NCBI GenBank assembly: GCA_040387855.1
Contig: JAZKCY010000001.1
Span: 25,334 to 89,333, forward strand
Length of the DNA stretch: 64,000 bases
Reading direction: 5' to 3'
From: Patescibacteria group bacterium
Lineage (GTDB): Bacteria > Patescibacteriota > Minisyncoccia > Phycocordibacterales > JAKAEA01
Shown: positions 47,860 through 58,277 of the stretch, one piece after another
How the letters are laid out: each line of letters opens with the position of its first letter
How positions within the stretch are numbered: position 1 is the first letter of the stretch
The notes under the pieces: model-generated
Database searches by the model: none
Told to the model about the DNA's origin: nothing
Seen by the model: the letters and a program-made list of their open reading frames with translations, nothing else
Translations under genes and position numbers: made by a program

Positions 47860-48780
47860 CTATTCGAGCGGTTTGTTGTTGGCATTTTTTTTGTTTTTTG
47901 GGTGTGTCGGATCTCGCTTTATGATTTCAAATGCTTTTTTGCTGAGGAATCCTCGTAGTATGGTTCTTAAAATAGAAGTTTTGGGAGGAACTTCTATTTG
48001 CTGAAATACTGGAGCTGTGGAACTACCTCGAGCTTCGGGTAACGGCATATGTTCCCCATTATTTCCTTCTTCTGCTTTTTCCCCGACAAATAATTCATCT
48101 ACCTTTTGATCAAGTGTACTACTTGATTCATGAGATTTTAATGCTTCTAGTTTTTCAACGAGGGTATCTTTTAATCTAACTTGGCTGTCCCGCTGTTTTA
48201 TTATAGTCTCTATTTTAGCCTTATATGCTGCAACTCTTGCTGTTTCATATGCAGGTAGAGCGAGAAATTTTTGTTCTAACAATGCTCGCTCTGCTTCTAA
48301 TGCGTGAATGGTTTCAGAAATTGAAACTACTTCTGCAGCAATTGACTCTGGAGTGTTTCCTACAAAATCATTTTCTTTAAAAATATGAAAATCTGAATCC
48401 GTGTTGAGAACTGGATCGAGTTGTGTTCTCAATGCTTCAATTCTTTCAGTGAGTGATGGTCCTTTTTGAGTAGATGCAATTTCTAGTGCTGGTTTTGGAA
48501 ATTGTTGTTTTTTAAACAAGAGTTTTTCAGTGACAATTGGTTCAATAGCTTGCTCAATTACAGTGTGACTTTTTTTAGATCGTGTTTTGCGAGCAGTAAT
48601 TCCATCCATTGTTCTGTGTGAAGAATGTGGATGATTGATTTTTCTTTTTTCTGTGCGTTCTTTTTTGTGGTGCCCTTCTGGTTGAACATCTTGATTTTCA
48701 AAATCAACTTCTTCGTAGCCAAAAACATCACGATCACTATCCACATAAGCAGTTCCAAAAAAATCTCGGCGTTCTGACAT
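47860..48780 (-). CDS. Hypothetical coiled-coil protein
   Basis: Long ORF; start reassigned to MSERR because TGG-TACGAT lies 6 nt upstream (ORF track gives 48924). Confidence 0.6.
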   Translation of the reverse strand: MSERRDFFGTAYVDSDRDVFGYEEVDFENQDVQPEGHHKKERTEKRKINHPHSSHRTMDGITARKTRSKKSHTVIEQAIEPIVTEKLLFKKQQFPKPALEIASTQKGPSLTERIEALRTQLDPVLNTDSDFHIFKENDFVGNTPESIAAEVVSISETIHALEAERALLEQKFLALPAYETARVAAYKAKIETIIKQRDSQVRLKDTLVEKLEALKSHESSSTLDQKVDELFVGEKAEEGNNGEHMPLPEARGSSTAPVFQQIEVPPKTSILRTILRGFLSKKAFEIIKRDPTHPKNKKNANNKPLE

Positions 48781-49021
48781 CTCTAAATCGTACCACGAGT
48801 ACCCAAGCTCGACCTGTGGATAGCTGGTTGACTTCCCATCTGTATAGTCTATAGTTACTCCAGGCGCAATTTCTGCGCTCAACCTCCCGAACTCTGAGCT
48901 CGAATTATGGCTAATTAAAGCCATTTATCAGCAACTACCGAATTCTACCCTTAATTTTAGGCTTATTTTACAGACCCCACAGGATCCTGGCCAAGCTAGA
49001 CCAAAATCTACGATTGCCCAG

Positions 49022-50128
49022 GTGACAAAGTTTGCTGTTATTGGATTACTTGTATCCAGATTGGCCCTTCCATCGATGATGATTGGCGTATCAGGAACAG
49101 CAGAAGCAAGTATCATTTCAGCGATGTCAGGTGTATTTGGTACCCAAGTTCAGGCCGCTGATGATGGCTTAACACCAAATTCTCAGAAAATGTCTCTATT
49201 AGAGGCACCTATGAACCCAACTGTTTCAACAACGGTAGATTCTTCTGTTGCCTTAATTGATGATAACGCTCTTGTTTCTCAGCCGGAAATTTTGACTAAA
49301 GCTGAGGTTTCTAGCCCTGTTATTCCAGAAAACAATAGTATTACCACCTATACAGTTAAGTCTGGTGATACAGTGAGTGGAATAGCTAAAAAGTTTAACA
49401 TTTCAGTAAATACTGTAATTTGGGCGAATAGTCTTAAGAAAGATAGTATGCTCACTGTTGGTAAAACGCTCGTAATATTACCTATTTCAGGAGTTAAGCA
49501 TGTTGTTAAAAAGGGAGATAACCTACAATCTATTGCGTTACAGTATAAGGGAAATCTCCAGGAAGTATTAGCATATAATGATCTTGCAGTAGATGATTCC
49601 CTTAAGATTGGTGAAGTAATCGTCGTTCCCGATGGTGAAATTACATCAAAGGCTGCATCAACATTAGCTGCTAATACAACAAAGACTCCTGCTAAGACCT
49701 CTGTTGCTAAGAAAGTTGCCTCTGTTGCTATTGGTGTTGGTATTGCTAGTGCTGATAATGCTCCATCTAGTGGATATTATACTCGTCCTATTAAGGCCGG
49801 AGTGCGAACCCAGGGATTACATGGTAATAACGGAGTTGATCTTGCTGACTCATGTGGTACTTCATTATATGCTGCTGCTGCTGGAACAGTCGTTATTGCA
49901 AAGGAAAATGGTGCATACAATGGTGGATACGGAAATTATGTCGTACTAAGTCATTCAAACGGCAGTCAAACACTCTATGCCCATATGCAAACTGTTGCAA
50001 TTGGTGAAGGTTCACAAGTTACTAAAGGACAGTATATTGGAACTGTGGGTGCAACTGGAAAAGTGTATGGTGCTACTGGATGTCATGTTCACTTTGAAGT
50101 TCGAAACGGACCGAGTAATCCATTTTAA
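49022..50128 (+). CDS. LysM-LysM-M23 peptidase
   Basis: YTVKSGDTVSGIA and HVVKKGDNLQSIA LysM motifs; HGNNGVD, GYGNYV, YAHM, HVHFE. Confidence 0.92.
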   Translation: MTKFAVIGLLVSRLALPSMMIGVSGTAEASIISAMSGVFGTQVQAADDGLTPNSQKMSLLEAPMNPTVSTTVDSSVALIDDNALVSQPEILTKAEVSSPVIPENNSITTYTVKSGDTVSGIAKKFNISVNTVIWANSLKKDSMLTVGKTLVILPISGVKHVVKKGDNLQSIALQYKGNLQEVLAYNDLAVDDSLKIGEVIVVPDGEITSKAASTLAANTTKTPAKTSVAKKVASVAIGVGIASADNAPSSGYYTRPIKAGVRTQGLHGNNGVDLADSCGTSLYAAAAGTVVIAKENGAYNGGYGNYVVLSHSNGSQTLYAHMQTVAIGEGSQVTKGQYIGTVGATGKVYGATGCHVHFEVRNGPSNPF

Positions 50129-50134
50129 TAATTC

Positions 50135-51694
50135 TCAGTAATTTTTCTTAGGTCTATACTGAAATGCTTCTAAAACCGCTTCGTGATCAACGGCGGTTTT
50201 TTCGTGTAAATCTGCAATGGTACGAGCCAGTTTCATCATTCGATGATGAGCTCGTCCGGACAAATGTAATCGTTCTGATGAGTTGTTAAGAATTGCTTTT
50301 GCTTCAGGGGTTAGATCAACATATTTACCAATATCACGAGCACTCATTTCGCTGTTCATCTTTATGGAACGAGAATGATTTTTGAATCGTTCAGCTTGGA
50401 TAGTCCGGGCACGTTTCACTCGCTCTTTTATAATTTCAGTGGGTACATTTGTTGATACTGATTCACTGAGTGCAGAATGATTGATTACAGAAACCTCAGT
50501 CCACATATCAACTCGATCAATTATCGGTCCTGATATTTTACGTTGATAGCGTGCAAGTACATAAGGAGTACATATGCATTCTTTGTGTTTAATTCCATAA
50601 TTTCCACAAGGACATGGATTCATGGCGATAATTAGAATTGCTTGTGCAGGAAATGTATTAGTTCCACGCGCTCGAGAGATTGTTACCACTCGTTCCTCAA
50701 GTGGTTGACGAAGCGCATCAATAACTTTACGATCAAATTCTGGAAATTCATCCATGAAAAGTACTCCTCTATGAGCCAAAGTTATTTCACCGGGTTTTGG
50801 AACAGATCCACCTCCGACAATAGAAATATAGGAAGCAGTATGATGTGGTGCCCGAAATGGAGGATGAAATATAATGTCTTCCTTTAGTATTCCAGCAACT
50901 GAATGTATAGAAGTTACTTCAAGCATTTCTTCAAATGTAAGATTGGGTAGGATGTGTCTAAAAGCTCGAGCAAGCATAGTCTTCCCTGTCCCTGGGGGTC
51001 CAAACATAGCGATATTGTGTCCCCCTGCAGCTGCTATCTCAAGCGCTCGCTTTGCTCCTTCTTGACCCTGTACATCAGCAAAATCTATATCACATATGAA
51101 TTGTTGTTCCGAAAGAATAGTTGGTTCTTGGGCTTTAAGTTGAACTTCTTCTAATAGGTGTATATCTTTTTTTCTTTTCGAACAGATATGATTAATAATA
51201 TCTTTGATATGTTCAACTCCATATATAGTTATTCCTGAAATTAACGCTGCTTCACGTGCATTAGCTTTGGGTAAATAGACATCTGTAAAGCCTTGTGCTT
51301 TCGCCTCTCTGACCAAAGGTAAGACCCCAGGAATTGCTCGTAACTGACCATCCAATGATAACTCTCCTAGAAATAACTTTCTCTCTGCATCAAATCGAAT
51401 ATCATCACATGCTAATAAATATGCTAAAGCCATTGGAACATCAAAACTAGGACCTTCTTTTTTTATATCAGCAGGAGCAAGTGAAATTACTACTTTTTGA
51501 TTTTTGCTTTTGGGAGAGTCAAAACCTGAATTTTTAATTGCAGCCGCGATACGATCTCTTGATTCTTCAACCGCTTTATCTGGTAATCCCACTACAGTAA
51601 AAGAATGTAACCCCTTGGAAAGGTCTACCTCAATTGAAATAACTGTCGCTTTAATTAAACTTGCTTGAGCACTATACACTTTTGCAAAACTCAT
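50135..51694 (-). CDS. comM: ComM/YifB Mg-chelatase-like AAA+ ATPase
   Basis: VVGLPDKAVEES, GPPGTGKT, PFRAPHH, PGEITLAHRGVLFMDEFPEF, MNPCPCG. Confidence 0.94.
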   Translation of the reverse strand: MSFAKVYSAQASLIKATVISIEVDLSKGLHSFTVVGLPDKAVEESRDRIAAAIKNSGFDSPKSKNQKVVISLAPADIKKEGPSFDVPMALAYLLACDDIRFDAERKLFLGELSLDGQLRAIPGVLPLVREAKAQGFTDVYLPKANAREAALISGITIYGVEHIKDIINHICSKRKKDIHLLEEVQLKAQEPTILSEQQFICDIDFADVQGQEGAKRALEIAAAGGHNIAMFGPPGTGKTMLARAFRHILPNLTFEEMLEVTSIHSVAGILKEDIIFHPPFRAPHHTASYISIVGGGSVPKPGEITLAHRGVLFMDEFPEFDRKVIDALRQPLEERVVTISRARGTNTFPAQAILIIAMNPCPCGNYGIKHKECICTPYVLARYQRKISGPIIDRVDMWTEVSVINHSALSESVSTNVPTEIIKERVKRARTIQAERFKNHSRSIKMNSEMSARDIGKYVDLTPEAKAILNNSSERLHLSGRAHHRMMKLARTIADLHEKTAVDHEAVLEAFQYRPKKNY

Positions 51695-51765
51695 ATGTAT
51701 AGACTACTTTATTTAGTATAAAGAAATAATAAAACCTCTAATTTTTTAGAGGTTTTACTTCATAT

Positions 51766-52128
51766 TTATTTCATGTGGGCAATGCACGTTTTTGCTGCAG
51801 GATTTGCTTCAAGTCGAGCTTCTTCAATTTCTTTACTGCACTCTTCACAAATTCCGTATGTATTGTTTTCGATTTTAGAAAGAGCACTGTCTATTTCCAT
51901 TAATCGTTGATCGAGAGAATTTACCATGCCATTATTATTTTCGTAGGATTCAATTCGGTCTGCAACTTCATTGGGATCAGCTCGTAATGTGTCCATATCT
52001 GCAGGCCGTGCCTCCCAATCATCTTGATTTTGTGTGTTTTTAACAACACCGATACTTTTTAATTCTTCAAGAACTAACGTTTTTTCTTTTTGAAGCTTGT
52101 CTTTAAAGAAATGTATATCATTTTTCAT
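51766..52128 (-). CDS. TraR/DksA family zinc-finger protein
   Basis: Coiled coil with D..E.AD tip; YGICEECSKEIEEARLEANPAAKTCIAH. Confidence 0.88.
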   Translation of the reverse strand: MKNDIHFFKDKLQKEKTLVLEELKSIGVVKNTQNQDDWEARPADMDTLRADPNEVADRIESYENNNGMVNSLDQRLMEIDSALSKIENNTYGICEECSKEIEEARLEANPAAKTCIAHMK

Positions 52129-52171
52129 AGTATATATCGTAACAATCTAATAAATTGGTGCAATGTTTAAT

Positions 52172-53197
52172 CTACCGTACCAACTGATACGTAGAAAGAC
52201 GGCTAAATATTTCTTTTAATGCGTCCTCATCAGTAGTAAGTACTAATGTATTTTGATCAGAAAATGAATACATAAGTAAAGGCGTTCCATTCATGTCTTT
52301 AAGTATTCGGACGTCTTTATTTCGTATATCAATATCTTGAAATGATTCACCCCCAAAGGTTGTTGTTGTAGAATTAAAAAGTGAAAGATACGGGTTTAAA
52401 TCATCAAACATTGATGCTTCCCACTGTATCATGCTTGCAAAAGCTGTTTGATAAGAATTAACTTTAAATACTATATAAGCTTTATCTCCATCTGCTTCGT
52501 GATACATTCCTGAGCTATAGAGCGGTTGTATGGTTCTAATAAGTGAATCGGGTAAACGTGCAGATACTAATGCTGCAAATCGAGGACCATTTATTGGAAT
52601 TGAAGGTTCGACTGTGTCTGTGCTTGGAATAGTAGTTGATGCCGTAAGGAATTTTAATCGAACTAACGTATTTAGAGCCGCGCCTGCTTGAATTCCCTCT
52701 CGTTGCAATGCATCTGGAATTTGATCATTAGATTGTAAAACAATACTTTGTGTTGATTCAGTTGAAAAAAGTAATTCTTCTGTATAGGGTACTACTACTT
52801 CTGCTTTAAGAAATACATGAATAATAGTATAGACGGTTACAGCCATACCACTTCCAATCATGAGGATAATACTTAAAATAAGTAGAAAGGCATTGCGTTT
52901 TGGATCTGTATAGGTGGGCTGAACAGCTTCTTTCTGTTTTTCTGCGACAGCTATCTTAACAACAGTTGCTCCTTGTTTACGTACTGCTTCTGCTACATCA
53001 CTTTGATATGTGCGTAAATTTTGTAGTTCTGCAGGCTTATGAAGTGTATCAATAGAATCTTGAATTGTAGGTTTAGGTAGAGGAACATCTGCTTCGTTAG
53101 CAGCGTTAAAAGATTTAAGAACATTTGTGTCAGCATCAATTGTTGGGTAAAGAGGTTTACCTGCAATTCCATTTGCATTCAATGGTTCTTCATTCAT
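52172..53197 (-). CDS. Hypothetical single-pass membrane protein
   Basis: LRTYQSDVAEAV motif, one TM, C-terminal F.D..IRNKDVRIL...LMYSF. Confidence 0.65.
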   Translation of the reverse strand: MNEEPLNANGIAGKPLYPTIDADTNVLKSFNAANEADVPLPKPTIQDSIDTLHKPAELQNLRTYQSDVAEAVRKQGATVVKIAVAEKQKEAVQPTYTDPKRNAFLLILSIILMIGSGMAVTVYTIIHVFLKAEVVVPYTEELLFSTESTQSIVLQSNDQIPDALQREGIQAGAALNTLVRLKFLTASTTIPSTDTVEPSIPINGPRFAALVSARLPDSLIRTIQPLYSSGMYHEADGDKAYIVFKVNSYQTAFASMIQWEASMFDDLNPYLSLFNSTTTTFGGESFQDIDIRNKDVRILKDMNGTPLLMYSFSDQNTLVLTTDEDALKEIFSRLSTYQLVR

Positions 53198-53218
53198 GTC
53201 ACCTATACTATATCACAA

Positions 53219-53857
53219 CTATTTTGCTTCAGGTGGTATTGTGTCCTCAGGTTGTGTTGATTCTACAACTTCTTTAAGTGTTGCCTTAGACGTATTCTGA
53301 TTCTTATTTTGCTGGCGAGGAATTTTAAATCTTCTTTCGTTGCGAGCAGCTGGACCAATGAGATATCTGCGCACGTTCTCAGAAAGATCAATAAATTCAT
53401 CTGCGACTTCTTTTAATCGTTGAGAAGATGATTGTCCAAATGATACAACTTCTACCTGACAACCTTGGTTTATTTTTAGGTATTCTACCAATGGTACAAA
53501 ATCGCCGTCTCCTGATACTAGAATAATAGTATCAAGCTTTGGAGCCATTTTAATTGCATCTACAGCGAGTCCTACATCCCAATCTGCTTTTTTTGCACCT
53601 CCAAAAAATATTTGAAGGTCTTTAGTTCGGGTTTCAATCCCCATTTTACTTAATGCATCAAAAAAGTTTCGCTCATCCCCTGCTTCAGTTGATATAACAT
53701 ACGCCATCGCTCGGATAAGTGATCGTCCTGCTAACGTATCTTTCAGAATTTGGCCAAAGTTAACTCGAGCTTGATAAAGATTTTTTGCACTGTGATAGAG
53801 ATTTTGTGCATCGATAAATACACCAACGCGTTGCTCTTTGTGTTTAATAACTGTCAT
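53219..53857 (-). CDS. NYN/LabA (DUF88) domain protein
   Basis: VFIDAQNLY, KADWDVGLAVD, LVSGDGDFVPL, ADEFIDL. Confidence 0.92.
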   Translation of the reverse strand: MTVIKHKEQRVGVFIDAQNLYHSAKNLYQARVNFGQILKDTLAGRSLIRAMAYVISTEAGDERNFFDALSKMGIETRTKDLQIFFGGAKKADWDVGLAVDAIKMAPKLDTIILVSGDGDFVPLVEYLKINQGCQVEVVSFGQSSSQRLKEVADEFIDLSENVRRYLIGPAARNERRFKIPRQQNKNQNTSKATLKEVVESTQPEDTIPPEAK

Positions 53858-53958
53858 AAATATATAAAAATGATAAGTACCGTCTGTTTATAAAAATGTC
53901 ACTTCAAACTTGTATTAAAAATACAAGAGCGTGACCATATGATCACGCTCTTAGTATA

Positions 53959-54231
53959 TTACGCTTTCTTCTTTAAGTTAAGCTTTTTGGTGATTGCACC
54001 GTATCGCTTAGCATCTTTCTTTTGAAGATAGTTGAGATGTGACGCTCGATCGGCAACCATTTGGAGGAGTCCTCGTCGTGAATGCTTATCTTTTGCATGT
54101 GTCTTGAGGTGATCGGTAAGTTCCTCAATTCGCTTAGTCAAAATGGAAATCTGGACCTCAGGAGATCCTGTATCTGTGGCGTGTACGGCCATATCCTTGA
54201 TGATTTTCTGCTTTTTGGTCTTGGTTAACAT
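53959..54231 (-). CDS. rpsO: 30S ribosomal protein S15
   Basis: DTGSPEVQISILT, HAKDKHSRRGLLQMV; start MLTK. Confidence 0.97.
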   Translation of the reverse strand: MLTKTKKQKIIKDMAVHATDTGSPEVQISILTKRIEELTDHLKTHAKDKHSRRGLLQMVADRASHLNYLQKKDAKRYGAITKKLNLKKKA

Positions 54232-54301
54232 GATTAGGAATAATAGCATAAAGCCATGAAAAATGCAAGCCTCTAGCACTATTTTCTGATATACTAGACC
54301 C

Positions 54302-55252
54302 ATGACACTTTCTGAGTTAAAAACTCAATTTCTTGAATACACTGAGATAGAAAAGGGCCGTAGTTTAAAGACGGTTCGCAATTATGACTTCTATTTAACT
54401 ACGTTTTTAAGCCATACTAAGCTCACTAATCCTAAAGATATTACTGATTCTGTACTTCACAACTATAGATTGTGGCTTAACCGCAAGCCTTCAGGTACAA
54501 AAGAGTCAGGAGTTCAGGGTAAATCAGAAACTCTCAAAAAGAAGACACAAAATTACTATTTGATAGCGTTACGTGCATTCTTAAAGTACTTAGTTCGTAT
54601 GGGCGTTCCCTCTTTGCAGCCAGAACGTATAGACTTAGCCAAAGTACCAGAACGAAGCATTGATATTATTTCTCATGAGGAACTTGAACGTTTATTAAAT
54701 GCTCCTGCCGCAGTTACGATAGAAAAACCTGAAGATGAACTCAGGGCATTGCGAGATAAAGCCATATTAGAGCTATTTTTTTCAACTGGTCTTCGAGTTT
54801 CAGAGCTATGTTCCCTTTCAAATGATCTCGATATATCAAAAGATGAGTTTTCTATTCGAGGTAAAGGTGAAAAGATACGAGTCGTCTTTATTTCTACTGA
54901 AGCAAGGGCTTCACTTAAGGCTTATTTAGCTAAACGCACCGATATGGATGATGCATTATTCATTCAAGTTGGTAAAAATGCTAAAAATGCTGAATCTTTG
55001 CGATTAACACCACGTTCCATAGAACGTATCATCAAACAGTACGCAATAATGGCAGGAATTTCCAAAAAAGTTACACCGCACGTTATTCGTCACAGCTTTG
55101 CTACAGATTTGCTCTCCAATGGCGCAGATTTACGTTCAGTACAGGCGTTACTTGGCCATGCTCATATTGGAACCACTCAGATCTATACCCACGTAACTGA
55201 CAAACATTTAAAAGATATCCATAAGAAGTTTCATTCAGGGAATAAGAGTTAA
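54302..55252 (+). CDS. XerC/D-type tyrosine recombinase
   Basis: RDKAILELFFSTGLRVSEL, GKGEKIR, TPHVIRHSFATDLL, LLGHAHIGTTQIYTHV. Confidence 0.92.
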   Translation: MTLSELKTQFLEYTEIEKGRSLKTVRNYDFYLTTFLSHTKLTNPKDITDSVLHNYRLWLNRKPSGTKESGVQGKSETLKKKTQNYYLIALRAFLKYLVRMGVPSLQPERIDLAKVPERSIDIISHEELERLLNAPAAVTIEKPEDELRALRDKAILELFFSTGLRVSELCSLSNDLDISKDEFSIRGKGEKIRVVFISTEARASLKAYLAKRTDMDDALFIQVGKNAKNAESLRLTPRSIERIIKQYAIMAGISKKVTPHVIRHSFATDLLSNGADLRSVQALLGHAHIGTTQIYTHVTDKHLKDIHKKFHSGNKS

Positions 55253-55266
55253 AGCTTAGATGATTA

Positions 55267-55545
55267 CTAGCTAAGATTTTTTACGAGATTTACCAAGATT
55301 TCTTGAAGCAATTTGGGTGAAACAATATGCCAAAGTTTTCGTTTGCCCTTAACCTCATAGTGCACTAAACCACGTTTTTTAAGGGTTTTTAATGACGAAT
55401 ATATTGTCATTCTAGGTATTCCACTGTTTTTAGCTATATCTGAGATTTGAGCATGTGGGTTGGATTTCAGAAATATAAGCAGTTGCACTTCTTTTCGAGA
55501 AAGCATCAAAAAATCGACTATTGTTTGATTAATAGGAAATGACAT
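55267..55545 (-). CDS. Stand-alone TrmB-like winged HTH protein
   Basis: ISDIAKNSGIPRMTIYSSLKTLKKRGLV; no sensor domain. Confidence 0.7.
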   Translation of the reverse strand: MSFPINQTIVDFLMLSRKEVQLLIFLKSNPHAQISDIAKNSGIPRMTIYSSLKTLKKRGLVHYEVKGKRKLWHIVSPKLLQEILVNLVKNLS

Positions 55546-55557
55546 ATAATGCCGAGT

Positions 55558-56328
55558 ATGAACTTTATCTCATGGAACGTCAACGGGATCCGAGCAGTAC
55601 ATAAAAAGGGTAATTTTAAGTGGATTATTGATCAGGATGCTGATTTTTTCTGTTTACAAGAAGTAAAAGCAGAGCGAGATCAACTTATTGATGAAATTCA
55701 GAATATTAAAGGATATTACTCATATTTTGATCATTCAAAGGGCCGAAAGGGCTATAGTGGCGTGGCTATATATACTAAACATGAGCCTCTAAAAATAGAA
55801 TTGGGAATGAATATCCCTGAACTCGATCAAGAAGGGCGCATGATTGGCTTATATTACAAAGATTTTGTGTTGTTCAACGTCTATTTTCCTAACGGTGGCG
55901 GTGGACCCGTGCGATTAGACTTTAAATTAAAATTTTACGATGCTTTCCTCAATCATATACAGTCTATTAGGAAGACGGGCAAAAAGATTGTTTTTTGCGG
56001 TGACATTAATACGGCTCATGAAGCCATTGATCTTGCTCGTCCTAAGGAAAATGAAGAGAACACCGGGTTCTTACCGGAAGAACGCGCATGGCTCGATGAG
56101 GTAGTTAATGCAGGATATGTTGATGTATATCGACATTTTTATCCTACTAAAACAGGTGCTTATACGTATTGGGATCAAAAGTCTGCAGCACGAGAACGAA
56201 ATGTGGGATGGCGAATTGATTACTTTTTTGTCTCACAAGAACTCCTGAAAGATGTGAAATCAATAAAGATTCATAGCGAAATTCGAGGGTCCGATCATTG
56301 TCCTCTCGAAATGGAGCTTAAGAAATAA
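55558..56328 (+). CDS. xth: Exodeoxyribonuclease III
   Basis: SWNVNGIRA, LQEVK, GYSGVA, YFPNG, CGDIN, GWRIDY, SDHCP. Confidence 0.96.
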   Translation: MNFISWNVNGIRAVHKKGNFKWIIDQDADFFCLQEVKAERDQLIDEIQNIKGYYSYFDHSKGRKGYSGVAIYTKHEPLKIELGMNIPELDQEGRMIGLYYKDFVLFNVYFPNGGGGPVRLDFKLKFYDAFLNHIQSIRKTGKKIVFCGDINTAHEAIDLARPKENEENTGFLPEERAWLDEVVNAGYVDVYRHFYPTKTGAYTYWDQKSAARERNVGWRIDYFFVSQELLKDVKSIKIHSEIRGSDHCPLEMELKK

Positions 56329-56332
56329 GGGT

Positions 56333-56367
56333 AAAGCGAGCTCATGTGTTGACATGAGCTCGCTTTC
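56333..56367 (+). terminator. Intrinsic terminator of xth
   Basis: AAAGCGAGCTCATGT/ACATGAGCTCGCTTT inverted repeat. Confidence 0.75.
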
Positions 56368-56390
56368 GTTTTGTGTGTGGTGTAATATTG

Positions 56391-56418
56391 TTGACACTTT
56401 TTATGGTAGTGATATGAT
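56391..56418 (+). promoter_or_regulatory. Sigma70-like promoter with no clear downstream gene
   Basis: TTGACA-16 nt-TATGAT with TG extension. Confidence 0.55.
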
Positions 56419-56734
56419 CATACCAGGTCAATAGTCAGTGCATCACTCAATGAGTGTTGACGGATTAGTCAGTTTCCCAGTCGTAGCGGAGTAAGATTAG
56501 AGAGTTGTTCGGCTCATTATGCCAGACCCCCTCAATCTTCACTTCCTCCTCGGAAACCTAACCAATCCTTCAACTCCATCGCTTGATCACCCTAAAGAAA
56601 TCGAATCCTCGTCGCCGCTATCTAGCAGCAACGAGGATTCTTCATATCTGGATATGTTGTTATCATATATTCAAACAAAAAAGAGCTCAGAATGTTATTC
56701 CTAGCTCTTTTTTGTTGCTTCTCTTTTAAATTCA

Positions 56735-58216
56735 CTATTCTACATGATATTTCTTTCTGATTTCCCCCACTTTCTCTTCTTCTACCTGTTCTTGGATTTG
56801 TTTCCCCTTCTCACCTAATGCTTTAAGCTCTTCTTCTGGAAGCTTAATAAGCTCTCCTGCTCTCATTTCTAAGTATTCAGCCGTATTTAGCTTTGGATCT
56901 TCCAATACTTCTTCTAAAAGCGCATGGAGTGTATACCCTATCTTACGTCCTGGTGTTTCACGAGTAACCTCCATAATCCTCTTCCCGTCTATCTTAAGCA
57001 TGCCTACAGATATTGGATCCCGCATGACTTCCTCAATCATTGCCTGGTATTTACGTAATCTATAAGGATTCTCCTTAGGTCTCCCCGTCCCTATCCGATC
57101 TGCTACTCGTACGTTCATAAGATCCCAAACATTCTCCTTCCCTACGTTTGCCACCATTCTTCGTACGGCGGAGTGAGTAATTGTCTCAGTATCTGAGAAA
57201 AACATGTGCCATCTAACAAGTTTCACCACTTTTTCTATAAGTTTCTGTGGAAACTTGAGATCCATGAGGATTCTCTTGGCAATTCGTGCCCCCACTACCT
57301 CGTGCCCGTAAAACGTCCATTTCGACTCCCCTGGTCTCCTTGTGTCTGGTTTGCCTATATCATGCAACAGTGAGGCTAATCGGACGTCGAGAGGCCATTT
57401 TTTATCTGCACTCAACTGTAATGAACGGATTAAATGTTCCCACACGTTATACTTATGTACACCTCCCTGCTCTATTCCAATACTTTTTTCAAATTCCGGA
57501 GATATAAACCGTAGAACATTATACTTTTGAGCAAGTTCCATCCCCCGCTGTGGATAATCAGACATAATCATCTTTGAGAATTCATCTCGTACTCGTTCTT
57601 TAGATATATGGATCAATAAGTCAGAGTTATCCACAAGTGCCTTTTCTGTATCGGACTCAATAGTAAAATTCAATTCACATGAAAGTCGGATAGCCCGCAA
57701 GATACGCAAAGCATCTTCCTGGAATCGGTCATGTGGATTACCAACAGTACGTAGAATTCCGTCCTTTAAATCAGTCTGTCCTTTATAAAGGTCAATAATA
57801 TGTCCGTTAGAAGGATCTAAGGCTATAGCGTTAATAGTGAAGTCACGTCTTTTAAGGTCGTCCTTTATATCTTTGCTGAAAGTTATGCTGTCTGGACGTC
57901 GCACGTCTGTATACTTTGTCTCTAATCTATATGGGGTGACTTCTATGACTTTGACTGTTTCGTCTACCTTATCCCCTTCTGTCTTTACACCAACTGTCCC
58001 ATAAGCGTTTTCATAAAACGTCTCTGAAAAAAGTCCTATAATTTCTTCTGGAGTTGCATTAGTTGTAATATCCCAATCTTTTGGCTTTCTGTTGATAAGT
58101 AGATCTCTAATACATCCTCCAACCAAATATGCTTCAAAATTTGCCTTTTGAAGCGTCGTTGCTACAGCTTGAACTTCCGTTGGGATTTTCTCAATAAGTG
58201 AGGTTTGTAGGGACAT
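56735..58216 (-). CDS. cca: CCA tRNA nucleotidyltransferase with HD domain
   Basis: YLVGGCIRD, DWDITT, RRDFTINA, FQEDALRILR, LLHDIGKP; the ORF-track extension to 58390 runs over tRNAs. Confidence 0.92.
   Translation of the reverse strand: MSLQTSLIEKIPTEVQAVATTLQKANFEAYLVGGCIRDLLINRKPKDWDITTNATPEEIIGLFSETFYENAYGTVGVKTEGDKVDETVKVIEVTPYRLETKYTDVRRPDSITFSKDIKDDLKRRDFTINAIALDPSNGHIIDLYKGQTDLKDGILRTVGNPHDRFQEDALRILRAIRLSCELNFTIESDTEKALVDNSDLLIHISKERVRDEFSKMIMSDYPQRGMELAQKYNVLRFISPEFEKSIGIEQGGVHKYNVWEHLIRSLQLSADKKWPLDVRLASLLHDIGKPDTRRPGESKWTFYGHEVVGARIAKRILMDLKFPQKLIEKVVKLVRWHMFFSDTETITHSAVRRMVANVGKENVWDLMNVRVADRIGTGRPKENPYRLRKYQAMIEEVMRDPISVGMLKIDGKRIMEVTRETPGRKIGYTLHALLEEVLEDPKLNTAEYLEMRAGELIKLPEEELKALGEKGKQIQEQVEEEKVGEIRKKYHVE
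56954..56969. promoter_or_regulatory. parS-like site inside cca
   Basis: TGTTTCACGAGTAACC. Confidence 0.5.
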
Positions 58217-58277
58217 TATGGTTGTATAGTAAGATATCTTTTGATTTTTTGCTAATAATCCGTATGATGTAGTAATT

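Noticed and set aside
54302-55252. Tyrosine recombinase as a prophage or ICE integrase
   Set aside because: Xer-type motifs, flanked by housekeeping genes, no att repeats or phage genes
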